Shown here: positions 57,890-64,000 of the stretch, piece by piece
How positions within the stretch are numbered: position 1 is the stretch's first letter
Layout: every line of letters starts with the position of its first letter
From: Candidatus Anstonellales archaeon
Lineage (GTDB): Archaea > Micrarchaeota > Micrarchaeia > Anstonellales > J096
Assembly (NCBI GenBank): GCA_038890615.1
Contig: JAWAFI010000001.1
Location: 368,843-432,842 of the forward strand
Direction: 5' to 3'
Length of the DNA: 64,000 nucleotides
The notes under the pieces: generated by a model
What the model was told of the DNA's origin: nothing
What the model saw: the letters and a program-made list of their open reading frames with translations, nothing else
Databases searched by the model: none
Position numbers and translations under genes: made by a program

Positions 57890-59073
57890 GCGAAGAAAAG
57901 AAGAAGCACAAGCTGAAGAGGCTAATAAAGAGCTTTGAAACTTTTAGAGGCGGGAATACAGAGCTTATAAGCGTTTATGTGCCAAAGGGCTACCCGATCC
58001 ACGAAGTAAGGAATAGGCTAAGGGAGGAGATGAACCAAGCAGGCAACATAAAATCAAAGACAACAAGGACGAATGTGCAGGATGCCTTGGAGAAAATACT
58101 TGCTTACCTAAAGTTTTATAACCAAACCCCTGAGAATGGCTTGGCTGTTTTTGCAGGTAATGTTTCAAGCGACCCATCAAAGAGAGACATTCAGCTTTTT
58201 GCGGTAGACCCTCCATACCCTATTGACATAAGCGTTTACAGGTGTGACAGCACATTCTTCATGGAACCCCTTAAGAAAATGCTTGATGCGAGGCAGAGCT
58301 ATGGCCTCATAGCAATGGATGGCAGGGAAGCTACTTTTGGAATCCTAAAAGGGACAAACTTAATGGTAATCACGGAAATCTCTTCCTTTGCGCATTCAAA
58401 AGTGAGGAAAGGAGGGCAGTCAGCAAGGAGGTACGAAAGGCTCATAGAAGAGCAGAGGGAGATTTACTACAAAAAGATAGGGGAGACAATGGACAAGGTA
58501 TTCCTTGAAACAACCCAAGGGGTAATAATAGGAGGCCCAGGGCCTGCAAAGGAGGACTTCCTTAAGATGAGGCCCTTCAACTATCAAATCAAAATCTTGG
58601 GCGTGGTAAACACTGGCTACACAGACGAGTATGGCCTGCGAGAGATAGTGAACAGCATGTCATCCATACTCGATAACCAAGAGGCAGTGAAAGAGAAAAA
58701 GATAGTAAACAGGTTTTTGCAGGAGGTAATAAAGGATGGGCTGGCAACTTATGGCTATGGCCCAGTGAAGGGCGCCATATTGAGTAAGCAGGCGTCTTTG
58801 GTCATGCTTTCTGAAGGCCTTGAAATGTATTTCAGGAAATACAGGTGCAGGAAGTGCAGGCAGGAGTTTGAGGTCATAGAAAAAAAGAATGAGCGCCAGA
58901 AGCACTGCGGAGATGACCCTGAGCTTTTAGAAGACAAAGACCTTGTGGAATACCTCTCCGATCTGGCAGAGGAAATGCAGATTGAAGTAGCGCTTATATC
59001 AACAGACACAGATGAAGGCATCCAGTTCCTTAATGGCTACGGAGGAATAGGGGCGCTGCTAAGATATAAATGA
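57886..59073 (+). CDS. prf1: Peptide chain release factor aRF1
   Basis: TELIS, NIKS, YRCDSTF, GGQSARR, GGIGALLRY. Confidence 0.97.
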   Translation: MSEEKKKHKLKRLIKSFETFRGGNTELISVYVPKGYPIHEVRNRLREEMNQAGNIKSKTTRTNVQDALEKILAYLKFYNQTPENGLAVFAGNVSSDPSKRDIQLFAVDPPYPIDISVYRCDSTFFMEPLKKMLDARQSYGLIAMDGREATFGILKGTNLMVITEISSFAHSKVRKGGQSARRYERLIEEQREIYYKKIGETMDKVFLETTQGVIIGGPGPAKEDFLKMRPFNYQIKILGVVNTGYTDEYGLREIVNSMSSILDNQEAVKEKKIVNRFLQEVIKDGLATYGYGPVKGAILSKQASLVMLSEGLEMYFRKYRCRKCRQEFEVIEKKNERQKHCGDDPELLEDKDLVEYLSDLAEEMQIEVALISTDTDEGIQFLNGYGGIGALLRYK

Positions 59074-59656
59074 TGGAGCATAGTGCTGCTGGGTTGCTTT
59101 CTTCCTGCTTGCTATCTGTTGGATTATATGGAGGGGGTACATAGGTGCTGCCTCCTGACTCATTAATGCTCTCCTGCACCTTTTCTTCTTGCACAGGCTC
59201 CTGCTCTTCTTTTTCTTGCCCTTCATCTTGCATTCCAGGTGCTTCTACCTCCTCATTTGCTTCATCTTGCGGCTCAGTGCATTGAAGTATGCTAAACTGT
59301 GCCTCCTTGCTCATATAGCCGCTCTTCTCTATCCTCAGCACAAACATCTTTTTTAGCAGCTCCTCCTTGCCAACGTATGTGTTTGCTGCCTTGCCTTGAG
59401 CATCTGTTTTTGCAGTTGAAATCAGCTGGTAGGAGTAATCAGCATAGAAGAGGTAAGCACTGACCCCTCCTATCTCTTCACCTGTTGAGTTGTCTCTGAC
59501 AGTGGAATAAACCTTCATTGCTTTGCAATCAACCTCAACATCTAAGCGCATGGTTTTTCCAGAGCCGAAGTCTTTTTCAGTTAGCGCTGGATGGAAGGCA
59601 AGCGCATGAGCAACTAAAACAACGAGCGCTAAGAGCGTTGCACTTTTATTGAGCAT
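59030..59656 (-). CDS. Hypothetical secreted protein with acidic linker and C-terminal Cys + hydrophobic tail
   Basis: Signal peptide, KTDAQGKA...IEKSGY beta-sandwich-like segment, ALCSIIYILAAPLFLR. Confidence 0.75.
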   Translation of the reverse strand: MLNKSATLLALVVLVAHALAFHPALTEKDFGSGKTMRLDVEVDCKAMKVYSTVRDNSTGEEIGGVSAYLFYADYSYQLISTAKTDAQGKAANTYVGKEELLKKMFVLRIEKSGYMSKEAQFSILQCTEPQDEANEEVEAPGMQDEGQEKEEQEPVQEEKVQESINESGGSTYVPPPYNPTDSKQEESNPAALCSIIYILAAPLFLRSH

Positions 59657-60072
59657 GTTTGATTCCCCCCACCCACTCCTATAGTAAGCCGTGTGTTCTC
59701 TAATTTGCTTTCCCCAAAAGGCACTATAACCACAGAAGGCACAGCGTTCATCTTCTCATAACACATCTCAATCCTATCCTTCTCAAGCTTTGACAAACTC
59801 AAGTCACCAGAGTAGTAGTAAAAGCAACTGCCATTCTCTATGCTGTAAACTTCAACAGATTTGCCCATCAGCCCAACGCTGTAGGCAATGTCTATTCCGC
59901 ATTGCATAACCCAGGTTCGAATGGGCTCTTCTGCATTAAGGTGTGTGATGATAGTAACCTTGTCAGCCATTAGCAGGTTTTCATAGAAATTCCTCTGGTC
60001 GTTTTCATAAAGAAGGTTTGCTACCAGCACCAAGTCAAGCAATGCAAGCGCTATTATGGTAAATGTTTTCAT
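59629..60072 (-). CDS. Hypothetical membrane-anchored protein
   Basis: N-terminal TM; four-Cys domain similar to the C-terminus of the upstream gene. Confidence 0.75.
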   Translation of the reverse strand: MKTFTIIALALLDLVLVANLLYENDQRNFYENLLMADKVTIITHLNAEEPIRTWVMQCGIDIAYSVGLMGKSVEVYSIENGSCFYYYSGDLSLSKLEKDRIEMCYEKMNAVPSVVIVPFGESKLENTRLTIGVGGGNQTCSIKVQRS

Positions 60073-62018
60073 TTTATCAGCTTTGCTATTGCACAGGTCT
60101 TGAAGTCGTTCTCCTGCCCATATATGTTCAACTCGTCCTTGTAGAACAGGAAGTAAGAAACCCTTTGGCTTCCTTCGTTAAAGTTTAAGTAGAACCCATC
60201 GCTGCTCTCAAGGCAGTCTGAAACTAGGAGGCCGTTCTTGTAGCACTTGCCAGAACTGAGCTTGTAAACATTGATTTTCTTCCCCTTTTCCTCAAGCACC
60301 TTCTTTACCTTCTCTGCGCATACATCCATCTGTATTTCTACCCTTGAGCTCTGCGGGCTCAAAACTATGTTGACATTGGGAATCTCCTCTATGCGTTCAA
60401 ATACATTTTCTATGTTTACACTCTTTACCCCTTCTTCTGCGCTAAGCACTATCATCGGCAGCACAAGGGCAATAAGCATTAGCGCCAGTGCGCTTAGCTT
60501 TGCCCAATCTTGGGAGGTGTAGGAGAGCAGCAGTGATACTACGAAAAGCGCGAAGAAGAGCGTTGCAACAATGCTCAGCAGTATGTAGAAATGCATGTTG
60601 TTCTTTATATTCTCCCTTTGCTCATAGCTGAGTGGCGCAGTAATCTGCTTTAAGTTTTTAAGCAGCGCCTTGGTTTGCATGCTTACATTGCCCTTTACCA
60701 CTGTCTCAAGCTCCTTGCGCATCTCTTCGTTGATTGCAGCGTACCTAACCTTCAAGTCAGAGAGCTCTGATGGCTCAAGCCCTTCTGAAAATACATTGTT
60801 TAGTATGGTTACATTCTCAGCATACTTGTTGGTGCTGCTTGGCTTCATGCCCTGTATCATGAAAAGAAGCCCATTTGCCTCATCCTTTGCGCTTAGCGCC
60901 TGCGAATAGAGCTCAAGGTCTTCTGTAATTGTTATGTTTAGGACCTTAACTAGCCGCTGGTATTCTTCAATGTCATCATCAAGAGCTGTTGTATTCCTCT
61001 CGCTTATCTTGCTCTCTATCTTCTTGCCAAGAGCATCAAGGTCATTTAAGGTTCTTGATAACCGCTTGTCATCAACAACAGCCATTGTTTCATTTACTAG
61101 GGAAGCCATTCCTTCTTTCTTATCCTTGAGGTCAAGGTAATTTTCCTCCATTTCATGGAGGTATCTGCTTGTTTCCTTATAAGCAATCCTTGCTGCTGTT
61201 TCATTCTCAACTATAGCTACAGTTCTTTCCAAATCAGCTATGGCACTGCTCTTTGCCATTGTAGCATTCACTATCTCCTGCGCTTTGTATATGTTCGTTT
61301 CGTTTAGTATTAGGTCGGGGCATATTCCATAGCAATTGGGGCAGTTTTCCCCTGGCGCAGGGTAGCGGAACCTGCATGTCTCTATGTCCTTTCTGTACTG
61401 GTCAAGCTTTGAAAGCGAGGATGATATGTTTTTTAGTATTTCGCTCTGGTTTTCTATGCCCATTGACAATATCTTTGATATGGCTTCTGCTATTATTGTG
61501 TCTGTTTGGTGGCTGGCTATGCCAAATTTAAGGTCCTCAGGGTAAATAATCATGTAGTCATTGCACCCTATCGCCTTTGCATATGCTGCGCATATGAGCT
61601 TGGCAGATTCATTGCAGCTTTTTTCGTCATAGCAGTCCTTCACATGGTAAGCCAAGGCTTGCCTGCAGGCGTATTCTTCCTTGCCTGGCCATTTCTGGCC
61701 ATCGTTCCTGCTCGCATTGTAAAGGAGCAGGTAATCAACTACCTTCTGCCTGTCTGCCTGCTTCATCAAGAAGCCTGCGCTGGACATCTGGTAAAGCTTC
61801 TCTTCTATCCCTTCAGTTGCAAGCTCTCCGTTGTAAAAAAGCAGTGCAGGCTTCTGGTTTATAAAAACAAGCTCGTAAAGGTTGCCATTGTCGGTTACAT
61901 TGAGTATGCTCAATGTAGCGTTGCTTTCGTTAAGGTAGATGTACTCAGAAAAATCGCTGGCGTTTATTGAAAATGCTAGCGAGGCTAATAGCAAAAGGGG
62001 GATCATGCATTTTAGCAT
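60069..62018 (-). CDS. Hypothetical secreted/membrane protein: Cys-rich region, coiled coil, 2 TM, C-terminal domain
   Basis: Signal peptide, CPNCYGICP, many N-x-S/T sequons. Confidence 0.8.
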   Translation of the reverse strand: MLKCMIPLLLLASLAFSINASDFSEYIYLNESNATLSILNVTDNGNLYELVFINQKPALLFYNGELATEGIEEKLYQMSSAGFLMKQADRQKVVDYLLLYNASRNDGQKWPGKEEYACRQALAYHVKDCYDEKSCNESAKLICAAYAKAIGCNDYMIIYPEDLKFGIASHQTDTIIAEAISKILSMGIENQSEILKNISSSLSKLDQYRKDIETCRFRYPAPGENCPNCYGICPDLILNETNIYKAQEIVNATMAKSSAIADLERTVAIVENETAARIAYKETSRYLHEMEENYLDLKDKKEGMASLVNETMAVVDDKRLSRTLNDLDALGKKIESKISERNTTALDDDIEEYQRLVKVLNITITEDLELYSQALSAKDEANGLLFMIQGMKPSSTNKYAENVTILNNVFSEGLEPSELSDLKVRYAAINEEMRKELETVVKGNVSMQTKALLKNLKQITAPLSYEQRENIKNNMHFYILLSIVATLFFALFVVSLLLSYTSQDWAKLSALALMLIALVLPMIVLSAEEGVKSVNIENVFERIEEIPNVNIVLSPQSSRVEIQMDVCAEKVKKVLEEKGKKINVYKLSSGKCYKNGLLVSDCLESSDGFYLNFNEGSQRVSYFLFYKDELNIYGQENDFKTCAIAKLIK

Positions 62019-62941
62019 GTGCTATTCACCACAGTTGTGTTTAAAATACTTTCACATCCTTCTGGAGCCAAAGCGAAAGCAGTGCATACTGCTTCTTTTA
62101 TGCCATTTGCGCTTATAGTGTCATTGTATGCTGCTCCGTTTATGTAAACTTTGGTTCCCTTTGCAATTCCCTTTGCATAGCTTACATCCATTGCCATTAT
62201 GCTTGCGTTTATAGAAGTAGTATTTATGAGCAGGTCCTCTGCTACAGCATCAACGCAGCTACTTTCAGTGCAGTTGCTTGATTCTATTAAGAAGGCCTTC
62301 CACTTAGTTGAACCTGAAGTGCCGAATATATACCTTCCGTATAAGGCCTTCTGCGCCTCTACTGACCCTGCTTCAGAGCAAACCCCTTCATAGCATTTTG
62401 ATGGGTCAGATGTTTCGTTCTGGAGATATACCTTGTATATGAATAGCAATTTCACGCTGGCATTTATGGCTTGCTGGACTTCTGTAATTGCATTCATAGT
62501 TTCCTTGTCATTGCAGCCATCAAGCACAACCCCAATGGAAGCTCGCTGCTCCTGCTTGAAAATCTCCTTCTGCTTGGCAATGTTTGCCTTAAAGCCTTCT
62601 ACAGTGTACACAGCAGGGTAAAGGTAAGTTAGGTTGGAGGATATGAAGGCGCTCATCTTAGTGCCATTGGTTGAGAAATAAACAAGCTCTATGTATTCCC
62701 CATGGTCAATGTAGGTTGCGAACACCACTTTGTCGCTTTTCCCTTCTTTTATCAGAATGGCATCGTTTATGGTCTGAACTAGGCTATTTGCTGTTTCGTT
62801 TATCTGGGCTTCAGTGGGCTTTGATGGCTCAAAAGGCTTTGCTTCCTGCTTCCCTATTGTATAGCCTATATACCCAGCTATAATTAGCAATGCAAATGCT
62901 GCAGCTATAATTACTGCTTTTTCCATATAGGAGATTTGCAA
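62012..62941 (-). CDS. Degenerate DsbA/thioredoxin-like membrane-anchored protein (paralog of 14173-15171)
   Basis: Same architecture: TM, beta domain, YINGAAYN..ISANGIKEAVCTAF..APEGC vs LINGKPYNG.RSASAYLEGICSGF..PPSEC. Confidence 0.65.
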   Translation of the reverse strand: MQISYMEKAVIIAAAFALLIIAGYIGYTIGKQEAKPFEPSKPTEAQINETANSLVQTINDAILIKEGKSDKVVFATYIDHGEYIELVYFSTNGTKMSAFISSNLTYLYPAVYTVEGFKANIAKQKEIFKQEQRASIGVVLDGCNDKETMNAITEVQQAINASVKLLFIYKVYLQNETSDPSKCYEGVCSEAGSVEAQKALYGRYIFGTSGSTKWKAFLIESSNCTESSCVDAVAEDLLINTTSINASIMAMDVSYAKGIAKGTKVYINGAAYNDTISANGIKEAVCTAFALAPEGCESILNTTVVNSTC

Positions 62942-62966
62942 AGGTTTTTTATTATTTGCCTATTGC

Positions 62967-63989
62967 TCATATCCACCCTTTTCTCTTGAAATAGTAGACA
63001 AGGCTTGCACCTACAAAAAGCATCAGCAGGAGAACTGCAGGGTATCCAAAAACCCAATCAAGCTCAGGCATATACCTAAAGTTCATGCCATATATGCTTG
63101 CTATGAAGCTTAAGGGTATGAAAACAGTTGTTATTATGGTAAGGAATTTCATTATCTCGTTTAGGCGGTTGTTTATGCTTGAAAGGTATACATCGAGCAT
63201 GCCTGAAAGCATTTCCCTGTAGGTCTCAACGTTGTCTATTATCAAAACAATATGGTCATAAAGGTTCCTGAAGTAAGCCTTGGACTGCTTTGTGATAATC
63301 TTCGAATCTGTTTTTTCTATTGAGAGCACAACCTCCCTTGCCGGCCATATTGATTTCCTTAGCATTATCATTTCTTTCTTAAGTTTCCTAAGCCCCTCAA
63401 GGGTTTTTGGGGTAGGGTTCTTTACTAGCTCCTGCTCTACCTCTTCTATTTTCTCTCCTGCAAGCTCAAGCGCAATGAAGTAGTTGTCGAGTATCGTGTC
63501 TATTATTGAATAAGCAAGGTAATCTGTCCCTGTTTTCCTTATCCTCCCCTTTTCCTCCTCTATAAGCCGCTTGACCCCTTGGAGCAGGTCATCTTTGCTG
63601 TTCTCTTCGAATGTTATAAGCACATCCCTGCTTAATATCATGCTTATCTGCTGCTCTGTTATACTCTTTTTTAGGTGGTTGTAGCCAATCATCCTCATTA
63701 CTATGAAAAGGTAATCTTCGTGGTCCTCAAACTTTGGCCTCTGCCTAGTGTGCATTATGTCCTCTTGAACAAGGTGGTGGATTCCAAAGTAGTTGCATAT
63801 TTTTTCTACTACAACAGGCTCAAGCCCCTGCACCCTTATCCAAGTGGTGCTTCTTTTCCCTTTGTAAGGGAAGCATTCCTCAGCTTTTAATGCCTTCTTT
63901 TCATAGAATTTGCTTCCTTCGTAGTCAAGTATTGTTATAATTGCCCTCTGTTCTTCCCTGCTTCCATTCATGCTTTTTCTATTGCTCAA
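62967..63989 (-). CDS. corA: Magnesium/cobalt transporter CorA
   Basis: EDIMHTRQRPK, DYLAY.IID.I.DNYF, NEIMKFLT, YGMNF..MPEL.W.FGYP. Confidence 0.97.
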   Translation of the reverse strand: MSNRKSMNGSREEQRAIITILDYEGSKFYEKKALKAEECFPYKGKRSTTWIRVQGLEPVVVEKICNYFGIHHLVQEDIMHTRQRPKFEDHEDYLFIVMRMIGYNHLKKSITEQQISMILSRDVLITFEENSKDDLLQGVKRLIEEEKGRIRKTGTDYLAYSIIDTILDNYFIALELAGEKIEEVEQELVKNPTPKTLEGLRKLKKEMIMLRKSIWPAREVVLSIEKTDSKIITKQSKAYFRNLYDHIVLIIDNVETYREMLSGMLDVYLSSINNRLNEIMKFLTIITTVFIPLSFIASIYGMNFRYMPELDWVFGYPAVLLLMLFVGASLVYYFKRKGWI

Positions 63990-64000
63990 GTGCTTAAAAC

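Overview
Gene-dense archaeal chromosome segment. The archaeal information-processing genes, compact and often overlapping ORFs and many ORFans suggest DPANN, possibly Micrarchaeota-like; this placement is inference only. Housekeeping content: rps19e-PDCD5-rpl39e-rpl31e-eIF6-Trbp-rplX-pfdA-ftsY cluster, alaS, thermosome, Hsp20, PCNA, rpoE1/spt4, rps26e, cdc6, trm1, Lsm, eIF5A-rps24e-rps27ae, beta-CASP nuclease, archease, DHH protein, beta-carbonic anhydrase, aRF1, corA and three tRNAs (Arg-CCT, Ile-GAT, Ala-TGC). It also has an arsR-thioredoxin-permease operon with a palindromic operator, a type IV/Tad pilus-type ATPase + platform locus flanked by polyprenol lipid-carrier genes, and an ion-transport cluster. 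Most unusual: (i) a two-gene unit encoding a 1288-aa protein whose C-terminal half reads like a transmembrane beta-barrel ending in Phe, plus a 561-aa partner; the large protein shares a 159-bp near-identical N-terminal module with a putative lipoprotein 3.5 kb away; (ii) three tandem small Cys-rich secreted paralogs with a Cys-Cys+TM C-terminal sorting-like tail; (iii) an unannotated 36-aa hyperacidic peptide with a strong RBS; (iv) apparently inactive ComEC-MBL and PurD homologs in one operon; (v) a ClC gene broken by one in-frame TAG and an ORF split at an A9 tract. No CRISPR array, integrase, transposase or rRNA was seen. All family calls are from motif recognition, not database searches.
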